Of a stretch of DNA of 64,000 nucleotides, positions 51,421 to 63,705 are shown one piece after another. Within the stretch, counting starts at the first letter, position 1; each line of letters starts with the position of its first letter. The translations under genes and the position numbers were made by a program. The notes below the pieces were generated by a model. It did not search any database. It saw only the letters and a list, made by a program, of their open reading frames with translations, and was not told the DNA's origin. This stretch comes from Octopus bimaculoides (Eukaryota), in contig NC_068983.1 of assembly GCF_001194135.2 (NCBI RefSeq), positions 49,049,002 through 49,113,001 of the forward strand, in the 5' to 3' direction.

Positions 51421-53060
51421 TGCTCACCTTAAGGTAGCAAGAGATAATGCAAGATATTCAGTTTGACGCCCGAATATTTCGAGCAATCAATTGTGTCTGA
51501 ATGTAAGAATTGCAGTCATGGCCCCAGCAGGAATTTATCCACAAACATCAGAAAAAAAAACAAACAAAGCATTATATGCGAAAGTCTCACTTCTCTGCAG
51601 AGTATGTAGGTTATGCATACATATGCGTGCATTTATGAACACACATATGAAAATACGTTTGCAAACACATTTATAAGTATATGCTCTGTGTGTGAGTATA
51701 TATGTGAATATATATATATATNNNNNNNNNNTATATACATGTGAGAATGGATGACCACTATATGGAGATGCTCTACGCTAGAAATAGACCATCAACGGTC
51801 AAACCACGAAAGAAAAGAATGTTCTCCAGGGAACATGCATATATACACGAATTCACTATAAATTCTGTTATAACAAATGTTACCAGTTCTTAAAGAAACG
51901 TGGGAAAATTTTGTTACGAATTAATCTCTTCTTAGCAAATTTTATCAGTATGGCGTTCAACATCAAGAAATTTTTATAAGCAGATATTAATGCGGTTATC
52001 ACTCGTGGTTGTATATTTCAGGTTTCAATCCAGCATTTAGTGACAGCTGTAATAATTGATTACAATGTAATAAGGAGGGGTGGGATACACGAATTTTTCT
52101 GCTCAAAACCTGTATCGTGCGACCCCAATCTATGTTAATCGAAATTAAACATGTGCCCAAGCAGCATTCTACGGACCCCCACCTATGAACCTGTTTACAA
52201 CCGGAGCTATATGAATGCTTTTACAGTAGCTACTACTTTGTTCTTGCTGGTTCTTATACTTATTGCAGTATAGCCGAGCCTTGGTTTACTTAGCGTGTGT
52301 TTGGATTTTCCAAATTGAATGGACATAAGCAATTCGTCAAAGTATTTCTATTGAATGTGTATTTAATATGCAGAAGATTCCTTATGGGTTATTTTTCCTT
52401 TAGATTTCATTGATATTTATAATCAGCACCAATTCTTGATCACATCTGAATTTAGCCACCGGAGATGGATGTGGTTCGTGATCAGGATAAAGAAAACCTA
52501 AAAATGTCCGTTGAATTCAGCTTTTAGCAGGAATGACATCCACTCCTACATTTTAATTAGCTGATATTATTATAGACGTCCGTAATGGCACAGTCATTAG
52601 AATGTCAGTAAAATGCATTTCGTCATTCGTTCTGGCTCTTTATGTTCTTTAGTTCAATCACCACCGCCATGAAATTTGCATTGCTTCAATTAGCGCTTGA
52701 TAACATAAAGTACCAATGAAGTCAATGATGCCGACTTATCTTCTGATCCTCTAAAATAGCTGACTTCGGCTCTAATTCAGAAACAGTTAGTATAGGCATT
52801 GCTCTTGTGTGATGATTTATAAAAACAACATAGATTATATGCACCCAAGGCGAGACATTTTTGATCAGTTTATTGGGGATTTTACGCACACGATATTTCC
52901 TATGTAACAATTTCCCTTAGTGCAGAACCCTCCGTTAGAATATTTCCTTGTGCCCATTTGTGTGTGCGTGTGTGTGTGTATATATAATAAAGAACACACA
53001 TACACAAGTTATGTTTTGTCAGTTTGTGGGCAAGCTGCGACTGTAGGTGTATTGAATTTG

Positions 53061-53438
53061 CCAGGTGTTATAACACCTGGATATAATGGACAAGACAGAT
53101 AACTCGCATCAGAATCCGTTATAGGAGCGACAGACATTAATGTTTGGTCATCTTTGTGACTTGTCAATACCGCCTACCCAGAAAGAAGCCAGATGCAGGC
53201 TAAATAGCCATCTATGACTATATGCAAAATGGTGTAAAAGCCATCTGCTGGTATGTCCCAACGTTTCATGCAGCCCGATGGATATAAACACATACACATG
53301 AGCAGGCTGCGATCGTAGGCGTAAGAGAATAGATATTCACCAATTCTCCTGGTGTTAAAACACCTGGAAGTCATAGACAAGCCAGATAATTCAAACCAAA
53401 TCCAGTCACAGGAGCGATAGACATTAATGTTTCGTCAC
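53061..53438. repeat. Pair of ~91-bp direct repeats (53061-53151, 53348-53438), each starting with a palindrome
   Basis: Perfect 20-bp palindrome CCAGGTGTTATAACACCTGG versus CCTGGTGTTAAAACACCTGG; shared AGGAGCGA.AGACATTAATGTTT.GTCA. Confidence 0.8.
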
Positions 53439-54237
53439 CCGGGGCCAGATACAAGCTAGATTCCAAAATATCACCATTATATTATTCGTATTATATAGCC
53501 AAACTCTATCACCTTCAGAATTTCACGCTTTTCAGTGAGACAATGCTATTTGGTACACATGTTTTACATTGCTATTGTGTGTTGGAGTGTACCGCATATT
53601 ATGCCTAACTTTTTAATGATGAAGCCAATTTTGTCTCTAACTAATGAAGTAGTGCTCTGTGTCGTTATTAAATATTACTCTGAGAATAAAGAAGTGTATA
53701 GTCTTACTGTTATTTATTGGTTGTTGTGTGATATACTGTTCGGTATCTTGTTTGATTTTTTGCGTTGTGTGATACGGTGTACTACAGATTGCATATTGAA
53801 AGAGCTCATATGACCAAAAATATGTCAAACATGATATTAAACATGTTCAGTTTTGTCACTTTGGCCAAATCTCTTCAAGGTTATATTAATAGGTGTTCTG
53901 TGTTTGAAAACTGCGCATTTGCTTGTGTGTTTCCAGTCGTACATACACGTTGCACAGTTGATAAAGGGACATCAGTCTCCACATGGACAGACGTATTTCA
54001 GAAGTTGGTAGTTGTATTTAGAAATCGAATACATTGTATATATATATCACACACTCAAACACAGAGAGACAAACTATTTAATGATTTCGGGGTGAGGATA
54101 ACAGGGTAGTCTCAAATAACTAGACTATAGAATGTGATTGCTAAAAGAACCATTTCGCACTTATTTTATGACTGTAATCATATCATGATAAAACTTTTCC
54201 TGATGATTATACATCTACACACATACACCTCTATATG

Positions 54238-54315
<78 letters not shown>

Positions 54316-55624
54316 GTGTGTGTGTATACCTGTATGTATGTATCTATACTTATATATGCTTGTGTACATATGTGGGTGTGGGTATGTTTGCGCTATGTGC
54401 GTAGATAAATAGAAAGATATCAATATTTATTTGCCTATATGTGTATGTGTGTGTCAGTGCTCTTTCTGTATGTATTAATATGTGCATGTATGTATATATA
54501 TGACTACTGCCATATATCAAACAACATCTTTTTTTTAGAATTAAATGTGTTGAAAACTTTATTGCTAATTTTTACATAAATATGACATAAAATTAGCTTT
54601 CATATCTTGTAAGTAACTTAATTTATTATTTTGTATCCAATATGAGTAATTTTGACATATAGTTTCACAGGAGTTGAAAAAAATATTGAAAGTGAAAATA
54701 TTACAGAAACAACAATAACAACAGCAACGACAACAACAATAATAGTAATATATAAATACAAGTAAGAAATATATCTTGCGCAAAGTAAAACAATAAAGGA
54801 CAAATTAAATATTTTCTGAAACATTTAATTCCCAAATAATTTTATAGACATTTTTTTATATTCTTGAAATGTTTTACGCGTAATTTTTAATGAAATATTT
54901 CTGATCGTTTCTTCTTTTATTAATTTTTTTTTTTTTCATTTTAATACAGTTATATATTTATATATATTATTTTTTATTTATTCAGACACATTTTCTGTTC
55001 GTAGGCATGCAATGTCTCCAAATATTTGATTACTTCTGCCATATTGCAGACGACAAAAAAATATATATTTCTAGCCGAAACAATAGAAAAGATGTCGTCG
55101 CATTATATAATACTATAGCTGTGTGTGTTTGTATGTGTATAGATTTTCGCAAAATGACACTGTAAAAAATAGATTTCTGTCCTACATATGGAATATCTCA
55201 AATAATAACTCTCGATAACTCCGTAGCCAATTGACGAAAGTTAGTATTTTTTAAACACTACTTTGTCACTGCATGGCATGTATTGATTGAGTATTTCATC
55301 TTACATTCTATTATCTGCGTTCGTGTTTAAGCAAAAACAAGTATGTATATGTAACATATGATATAATTATAAACAGGGCAAATTTTAGCCATTTCTCCGT
55401 AGACTGGAAAAAATGAACAATCTTAATCGATTTTCGAACTTAACTCCTCATCAGAGGAGTCCACATCAATCTGACAGTTTCCACTGAAAGAAACGCAGCA
55501 GTTACTCTATGAAGGAATGCCTAATTTGCATACGAAAAGTGTTTAGCACGCTATAAATACCAGCGGCCTGTCAACGGGGATCTTACTCCACACAATATCA
55601 AGGCATGATAGAACAGATATGCAA

Positions 55625-55654
<30 letters not shown>

Positions 55655-55655
<1 letters not shown>

Positions 55656-55942
55656 GGGAGAATTTACGAAAAAAACAACAGACGAAAACAGGTGGTGTAA
55701 ACAACACATGGATGTATTGGCTTAACGCTCGGGAATAGAGAAAGTCTTTGACGTTTCGAGCTAGGCTCTTCAACTGAAAGGAACACAGAAAGGAATAAGG
55801 AGAAAAACAAGGAGAAAAAAATATAAATGTACTGGTCAGCGAGCGTATTTTTTCCTTGTGTACAAATAACACGACAAAAGTAAACGAATATTTACCAGGG
55901 TAGCAAAACTTCACATAAGTGCCTACTTATAAAGGTAGAAGT
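55655..55942. repeat. Interspersed repeat adjacent to (TA)n, with a Penelope-type hammerhead-like motif on the minus strand
   Basis: Minus strand of 55744-55774 reads GUUGAAGAGCCUAGCUCGAAACGUCAAAGAC. Confidence 0.45.
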
Positions 55943-56492
55943 NNNNNNNNNNNNNNNNNNNNNNNNNNNNNNNNNNNNNNNNNNNNNNNNNNNNNNNNNN
56001 NNNNNNNNNNNNNNNNNNNNNNNNNNNNNNNNNNNNNNNNNNNNNNNNNNNNNNNNNNNNNNNNNNNNNNNNNNNNNNNNNNNNNNNNNNNNNNNNNNNN
56101 NNNNNNNNNNNNNNNNNNNNNNNNNNNNNNNNNNNNNNNNNNNNNNNNNNNNNNNNNNNNNNNNNNNNNNNNNNNNNNNNNNNNNNNNNNNNNNNNNNNN
56201 NNNNNNNNNNNNNNNNNNNNNNNNNNNNNNNNNNNNNNNNNNNNNNNNNNNNNNNNNNNNNNNNNNNNNNNNNNNNNNNNNNNNNNNNNNNNNNNNNNNN
56301 NNNNNNNNNNNNNNNNNNNNNNNNNNNNNNNNNNNNNNNNNNNNNNNNNNNNNNNNNNNNNNNNNNNNNNNNNNNNNNNNNNNNNNNNNNNNNNNNNNNN
56401 NNNNNNNNNNNNNNNNNNNNNNNNNNNNNNNNNNNNNNNNNNNNNNNNNNNNNNNNNNNNNNNNNNNNNNNNNNNNNNNNNNNNNNNNNNNN

Positions 56493-58221
56493 TAAAGCTT
56501 TGTATGAACTTTGTAGTGTTACATACTGATTATCACACATTCTCTGATAATAAGATGAAAATGTTAAAAACAATGTATGAAAATACATATATGGAAAAAT
56601 ACATATACATATTCTTTGATAATCGAATAAAGTTGAGGAGGAACTGACCTGGCTTTTTTCTCTTGTGTATATTGAGGGAATGTTTTGCTGTCTTAAGAGA
56701 CAGTATGACTGGCTATCTGGGGTGGGAGGGAAGACGAGTTAAAAAGGATTTTTTTTTTTGGTTGGTCTGTGACTTAGTCTGTCATGGTTCACTGGTTTTT
56801 GGGACTGGCTTTGTGCACATCTCTATGTGTGTGTGTATATATGTGTTTGTGTCCATGTGTGTGTGTGTGTGTGTGTGTGTGTGCCGTTTTTATTGGTCCC
56901 AGAGTTTATTGTGGAATGTGTATATGAGTGTGTGTTTGAGTGTGTTTGTGTCGGTGTGTGTACGTGAGAGTGTTAGGTGTGTGTACGTGAGAGTGTGCGT
57001 ATATCTCTTTGTCTGAGTATGTATGTGTTGTTTTGATCGTCCTTGTGGTATGTGCGTGTGAGAGCAACCGTATCTATGTGTGAGCGTGTGTACGTATGTA
57101 TGCGTATGTGTGTGTATGTATGTGTGCATCTGTGTGTATGCGTGAGAGTGTTTTGTGTGAGCGTGGGAATGTGTGTGTGTTTTTCTGTCTGAGTGGGGGT
57201 GTTGTTTTAAATATCCTTGTGGTGTGTGTGTGTGTGTGTGTAAGCAAACGTATGTGTGTGATGGTTCATATGTATGTGTATGTCTGTATGTGTATGCGTG
57301 TGTGGCATGTGTATATGAGTATGTGTGTGTTTTATCTATGGTAGGATGGTGTGTGTATGTGTGTGCACGTTTGTGTGAGTGTGTATGTGTGTGATTAATA
57401 TTTGTTAGGGTGTTGTGTGTGCGCATGTGTGTGTATGCGTATATGTGTTTGTTCGTGTGTGTGCGTGAGTGCGTTTGTAAGTNNNNNNNNNNNNNNNNNN
57501 NNNNNNNNNNNNNNNNNNNNNNNNNNNNNNNNNNNNNNNNNNNNNNNNNNNNNNNNNNNNNNNNNNNNNNNNNNNNNNNNNNNNNNNNNNNNNNNNNNNN
57601 NNNNNNNNNNNNNNNNNNNNNNNNNNNNNNNNNNNNNNNNNNNNNNNNNNNNNNNNNNNNNNNNNNNNNNNNNNNNNNNNNNNCCACAAGGACGATCAAA
57701 ACAACACATACATACTCAGACAGAGATATACGCACACTCTCACGTACACACACCTAACATCCCAACCGACACAAAAAACTCTCAAACACACACTCATATA
57801 CACATTCCACAATAAACTCTGTGTCCAATAAAAACGGCACACACACACACAGACACACACACACGGACACAAACACACATATATACACACACACATAGAG
57901 ATGTGCACAAAACCAGTCCCAAAAACCGGTGAACCATGACAGACTAAGTCACAGACCAACCAAAAATTAAAAAAATCCTTCTTCCCTCCCACCCCAGCTA
58001 GCCAGTCATACTGTCTCTTAGGACAGCAAAACATTCCCTCAATATACACAAGAGAAAAAAGCCAGGTCAGTTCCTCCTCAACTGTATTCGATTATCAAAG
58101 AATATGTATATGTATTTTTTCATATATGTATTTTCATGCACTGTTTTAAACATTTTCATCTTATTATCAGAGAATGTGTGATAGTCAGTATGTAACACTA
58201 CAAAGTTCATACAAAGCTTTA
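56493..58221. repeat. Inverted duplication, arms 56493-57048 and 57684-58221
   Basis: The + ORF 56663-57016 and the - ORF 57696-58049 share WLVCDLVCHGS.VFGTGFVHISMCVCIYV; the DNA arms match with scattered substitutions and indels. Confidence 0.9.
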
Positions 58222-58823
58222 TACATTAAATATATTTTATCATCAAAGAATGTATATATGCATTTTAATACCCAAACTGTTTTTTAACACTTTTTATTAT
58301 TCTCAAAGACTTTTGAGAATCTTTTTCTAAAAACGTGAAACCGGTTAAGTAAAGAAATATCTTTAAAATAAGTGCATTTTCAAACCTTATATATNNNNNN
58401 NNNNNNNNNNNNNNNNNNNNNNNNNNNNNNNNNNNNNNNNNNNNNNNNNNNNNNNNNNNNNNNNNNNNNNNNNNNNNNNNNNNNNNNNNNNNNNNNNNNN
58501 NNNNNNNNNNNNNNNNNNNNNNNNNNNNNNNNNNNNNNNNNNNNNNNNNNNNNNNNNNNNNNNNNNNNNNNNNNNNNNNNNNNNNNNNNNNNNNNNNNNN
58601 NNNNNNNNNNNNNNNNNNNNNNNNNNNNNNNNNNNNNNNNNNNNNNNNNNNNNNNNNNNNNNNNNNNNNNNNNNNNNNNNNNNNNNNNNNNNNNNNNNNN
58701 NNNNNNNNNNNNNNNNNNNNNNNNNNNNNNNNNNNNNNNNNNNNNNNNNNNNNNNNNNNNNNNNNNNNNNNNNNNNNNNNNNNNNNNNNNNNNNNNNNNN
58801 NNNNNNNNNNNNNNNNNNNNNNN

Positions 58824-58859
<36 letters not shown>

Positions 58860-58907
58860 CATATATGCGTTGGACAAAAATGACACACAGAATTTCTTTC
58901 GTTTATA

Positions 58908-59061
58908 CGCGCAGGAGTGACTGTGTAGTAAGTAGCTTGCTCACCAACAGCATAGCTCCGAGTTCAATCCTACTGTGTGACACCTTGGGCAAGTGCCATG
59001 TACTACAACCTCGGTCCGACCAAAGCCTTGCTAGACGGAAACTGAAAGAAACCTGTCGTGC

Positions 59062-59094
<33 letters not shown>

Positions 59095-59205
59095 GAGGTG
59101 TGTGTCTGCTTGACAACCGATGTTGGTCTGTTTCCGTCTCTGTAACTTTGCGGTTCAGCGAAAGAGATCTATTTAATAAGTATTAGGCCTACAAAGAATA
59201 GGTCA
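58908..59205 (+). mobile_element. SINE family B, degraded
   Basis: GCGCAGGAGTGACTGTGTAGTAAGTAGCTTGCT..CACCTTGGGCAAGTG..CCGACCAAAGCCTTG. Confidence 0.85.
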
Positions 59206-59309
59206 TAGTTTTGTCCATTGGACACTTTACAAAAAGTATGGACTTGACTGGGCAAAATATTGGTACGACGATAAATCTGAAGGCATTGTCGAAAATTGAA
59301 ATGCAAAGA

Positions 59310-59790
59310 TCTTATAGGATTTTATGATTCAGTGAGACCATGAGATAGAGAATAGGAAGCCGGACATAGTCTTAATTGAGAAAGAAATCAAACTATGTCG
59401 AATCCTAGATAAAGCATGCTCAGCTGAGAACAAGGTATGCGATAAGGAAGAAAGAAAAGCCGACAGATATGATAGGTAAGCTTGGGAAGTTTAGCAGTTG
59501 TGGTCGATGGAAAAGGTGGCAGTAGTACCAATAATTGTCGAAGCCCTGGAAACACTGAGCAAAAATCTAGAGAAGTACATCGAACAAATAGTGGCTGCAA
59601 TAAGGGTGGAGCGCTTGCAGAAAACAGCACTGCTTGGAACTGCTCGAATACTCCAGAATGTACTCGAAAAATAAGAGGTGTTACCTTAGTTCACTGGTAG
59701 TGAACCGCTGACACTGTAGTACACCTCCAGCGTTAGAAGCTGTGCAAAAACAACAACAACAACAATAACAACAATAATAATAATAATAAT
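59310..59790 (+). mobile_element. R4/Dong-clade LINE 3' end (RLE endonuclease, 3' UTR, (CAA)/(TAA) tail)
   Basis: DFMIQ*DHEIENRKPDIVLIEKEIKLCRILD..KE....YD...LWSMEKVAVVPIIV.AL....LQKTALLGTARILQNVLEK*. Confidence 0.88.
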
Positions 59791-60095
59791 ATTTGGATGG
59801 ATTTTATAAACATTTAATACATCGCTATGCGCCTCTTCCCAAGTCACATGACTTTTAAGATCATAGTCAGTACTCCCGGGATTATTACAGTCTAGTCTGT
59901 AATAACCGTGGGCATGGGTTTGATCATCTTCATAGATTCATTTCTTCAGGCGATATAGCATTTATTGGATACTCAACAGAGTGATGCCTGTCCCTTTTGC
60001 AGCTTCTAGCGGCGGAAACCTGAACTACAACGAGTTCGTCCCACAGAGAACGCTTCCAGTTACATTTGGGGCCCCCGTCGTATATAAAACTGCGC

Positions 60096-60365
60096 TAAAC
60101 ATAGAGGGGACAAACAAGTACAGACAAAAGGATTAAGTCGATTATATCGACCCCAGTGCGTAACTGGTACTTAATTTATCGACCCCGAAATGATGAAAGG
60201 CAAAGTCGACCTCGGCGGAATTTGAACTCAGAACGTAACGACAAACGAAATATTGCTAAGCATTTCGCTTGGCGTGCTAACGTACCAGTTGCATACTGCG
60301 GTCAATGTTATCGGCTTGCCCACTTCCTAAAAGTTTCGATCCTTGTGCCTAGAGTAGAAAAGAAT
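60096..60365 (-). mobile_element. Family A SINE (minus, 60096-60283) joined to a plus-strand family A tail fragment (60284-60365)
   Basis: Well-preserved core on the minus strand, followed by TACCAGTTGCATACTG..CCTTGTGCCTAGAGTAGAAAAGAAT on the plus strand. Confidence 0.85.
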
Positions 60366-61660
60366 ATTATGGCTTTCAATTTCTAATGAAGTCTTTATGT
60401 GCACTGATATGACCTACGTCGTGAATCAACCTTTTAAAGGAATGGGGAAGAGAACCGCATTCCAGTCTCGACGTACCTCATTTTTATTTCCAAATAGGAG
60501 GCGAGGGAGAAATCTGAACGTAACATTGGAATTTGTGACCAAAAGCATGGAAGACAAAGCTGATCTCGGCAGGATTTGAATTCATAAAACAAAGAAATGG
60601 AAGGACGACTATAAGAAACATTATCCAGTTTCCTAACAGTTCGCCGAAACCGTTATCTATTATACACAGTCTCATTCACACATGCACATTCGTAGATGTA
60701 CATATGTGCACTTGTGTATATGTATATGTATATCCGTTTCCGTGGCAAAAGTCTTTGAGAATACTTCATGCTGACATACTTCAGGAAACTAAATTCGAAT
60801 TGAATATGCAATACTTTGATTTCGTTCTCTACAATCACATAACTTACCCACTCCCTCTTTCATTCTCTCCCCCCTCTCTCTCTCCCTTCCTCTCTCTCTC
60901 TCTCTCTCTCTTTGTTGTTGTTCACACTTTCTTTAATATTTTCGATATATATTCTTTTAGAGTTCCTGCTGAGCTTTGAATCAGCATGACATATGTTATA
61001 TGAAAATAGTCTCTCAGAAGCAAAGCAATGAATTTATAACTAATAAATTAAAAGAAAGATACCATTAAATTCTAAGTAAATGACAATGGAGGAAATTAAG
61101 TCCAAGGTGTTACATAGAAATGTAAAACTGGATGACAAATAAAAGAAGACAACGCGTAAAAATCTGAAGAGAAATATGGGAATGTTTTTACATATTTAGA
61201 GAAACGATTACAATGCATTACACACACACACGTATGTATATTTGTGTGTGTGCGTCTGTGTGTGTATGTGTGTGTACGTAAATGTGAGTATACTCAAATT
61301 CGTATGTATTAAAGCAGAGTGTTTCCAAATCAAATTTGACATAATCAGCTTCAACCTCCGCAACGTCAATGTCGTCACCGAAGGATGTAGTGAATTTTTT
61401 TTTTATCAACAGAACATACATTGATATCAATGACTAATCGTTGCAGAACTGTAAACGTATACAAATATTCAAAAACTCGTGTAAAGTATTACAAGTTTTG
61501 AATAATAATAAAATTGTTCTTTATCATAAATATATGTATATATAAATTAATAGTTATCGCCTAGTTAACATGGCAGTCCCAAGAAAACTGGACGAATTCT
61601 GCCGTTGATTAGCTCCAAGAGGCAATCGTCTCAAGGTAGCTAGCTATGTGACACACAAAC

Positions 61661-61920
61661 CTGTGTCCATTATAATCTTCGAACTGGGGAGGTCAGCAGC
61701 TTCCCATTGCTGGTTTGGCTTCCTCAGACTAGTTTCGAGGTATTTGCCTCGTATCAATGTGGAGTAGCCGAACCCAGCAAATTTCTTTATTATAAGCATA
61801 AAGCCTGAAAAAAGAGAGGACACCACAAGGTTAGACAACACAAAACGTGCGGTACATAGAACGTAACGTATGAAATATAAATATAATGAATAAAGGAATG
61901 AAAAAATGAAATTGCTTACC
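61661..61920 (-). other. Candidate exon-intron-exon of an unidentified spliced transcript (intron 61805-61919; exon 61661-61804)
   Basis: Donor CAG/GTAAGC, AT-rich 115-bp intron, acceptor CTCTCTTTTTTCAG/G; the 144-nt downstream exon is open in phase 1-1 and ends at CAG/GTTTGT. Confidence 0.45.
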
Positions 61921-62013
61921 TGCTCCCCAAAGCAAGCAGTTCCATTTTACTGTTCTAATTAATCATAATTTCATCAGACTTTTTATACAATCTTACATAT
62001 CCCGCATGTATTC

Positions 62014-63000
62014 TCACAAGTCGTTGAACAATACCACGTTCGGCAATTTATCATACTGGAAACAAAGTCCTGTTAGTTTCATTTCCGCACCAAACGTTTC
62101 CCGCAGTTTTAATACTCTTTCTCTCTCTAATAGTGCTGCTTTCTCGTCACTGTGAAATAAATCTTCATCCAATTTTACTCTTCTTAAATTTTTTACTTTC
62201 GTAATCTTTTTTTCAATCGCCACATCCTTCTTATAAATCACCATCATTCTTATATTCTGTCCTCTCGGTCTCCTTTTATGCCACGCTTGCTCTATTTTTT
62301 TTCTTTTATCCTCTCCTTCCACATCTCATATCTCTCTTCTTGACTCCTACTTGTTGTCGGCTGCGGTTCCAGGGTTCGAATTGCACTCACTTCTTTTTTC
62401 TCTTGTATTTTCGCCGCCTTTCTATTTTTTCAGGATTTTTGGCGGTGACTCTGTACTTATTCTTTTCTTCTCGACTACTGTTTCCTCCTCCTTCTTTTCC
62501 GCATTCACAACTGCTTCTTCCACCTCTGCCTGGTTATCTGTTCTTTCTTCGTGTTTCTGAGGACACCTTGCCTGCATGTGTCCCCATGCACCGCAATTAT
62601 AACATATAGGAGGTCGCCCCTCCACCACAATTCTCAACCGGGTGTCATCGGGGATCATCAACTCCTCTGCTATCTTGTGGAGATCTGACAAGGTTATATG
62701 GACCATGATTTCCAGTCTATATCCCCTTCAGTGTACCTCTGCTGACTTCACCACCTTATTAATCTCGGTCTTGTTCTCACAGTTAAACAGGATGGCTGCC
62801 ATTAGCGTTTCCTCATCTATTTCGGGCCTTTGGAGTTGGATGGGCTATTCGACGTGAAGAAAATTCTATCTGGGCCCCACCTGCAAGATAATATGCTGTT
62901 TATCTTGATAGGAGATCACCATGTCACGCACATATGGTTGTGATGCATGTGCGTGGTCTACCCTTAGAGGACGAGTAGTCACGATGGGTATACTGGACTT
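62014..63000 (-). pseudogene. Gag-like ORF1 (CCHC zinc knuckle) of an L1/Tx1-type element, inactivated by in-frame stops
   Basis: VEGRPPICYNCGAWGHMQARCP; ORFs 62422-62706 and 62014-62322 are in one frame, separated by TAG, TAG and TGA; upstream reads PEIDEETLMAAIL... Confidence 0.8.
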
Positions 63001-63070
63001 CGTATATTTTACCTCGGTGTAAATTTGATGTCATGCACTGTTCTCTCACTCAATAATAATAATAATAATA

Positions 63071-63140
<70 letters not shown>

Positions 63141-63167
63141 TAATAATAATAATAATAATAATAATAT

Positions 63168-63629
63168 GAAAAAATAACGATACTCTGTGACTATAATTTT
63201 CAGACAGATCGTGTAATCGAACACTGTCGTCTGGATACTGTCATATTGAATAATAGAAACAAATACTGTCAGATCCTTGATGTAGCCATACCAAATGACA
63301 TGAATGTTGTGAGTAAAGAGGTTGACGCAATCATCAAGTACTCCGAATTGAAGGTGGAAATGGCAAGATTGTATGCAATGCAAGAGGGTAATGTAAAAAT
63401 GATAGCAGTGGTAATCGGAGCGTTGGGCTCAATCTCACTGAAACTTCAAAACTTCTTAAGGCAACTGGAAATCCCGTGCAGGATTGATGTCATGCAAAAA
63501 GCAGCCTAAGGCACAGCGTACGTCTTAAAGAAAGTATTATCTGTCTGAGGTCCTAGTTGTGACTTGACAGATGAGTAAAAACTCCAGTGCATTTTTACTT
63601 ACACAGTGTTACGAAGCAATGAGGATGAG

Positions 63630-63630
<1 letters not shown>
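63168..63630 (+). mobile_element. R4/Dong LINE, 5'-truncated RLE fragment between (TAA)n arrays 63052-63166 and 63630-63700
   Basis: NFQTDRVIEHCRLDTVILNNRNKYCQILDVAIPND..KE....KYSELK.E....VIGALG....MQKAA; the 3' UTR resembles that of the 30.8 kb copy. Confidence 0.9.

Positions 63631-63700
<70 letters not shown>

Positions 63701-63705
<5 letters not shown>

Noticed and set aside
61290-61390. Coding-like frame SFGDDIDVAEVEADYVKFDLETL
   Set aside because: It has no splice acceptor and is best explained as a decayed LINE RT FADD motif; too short to annotate with confidence.
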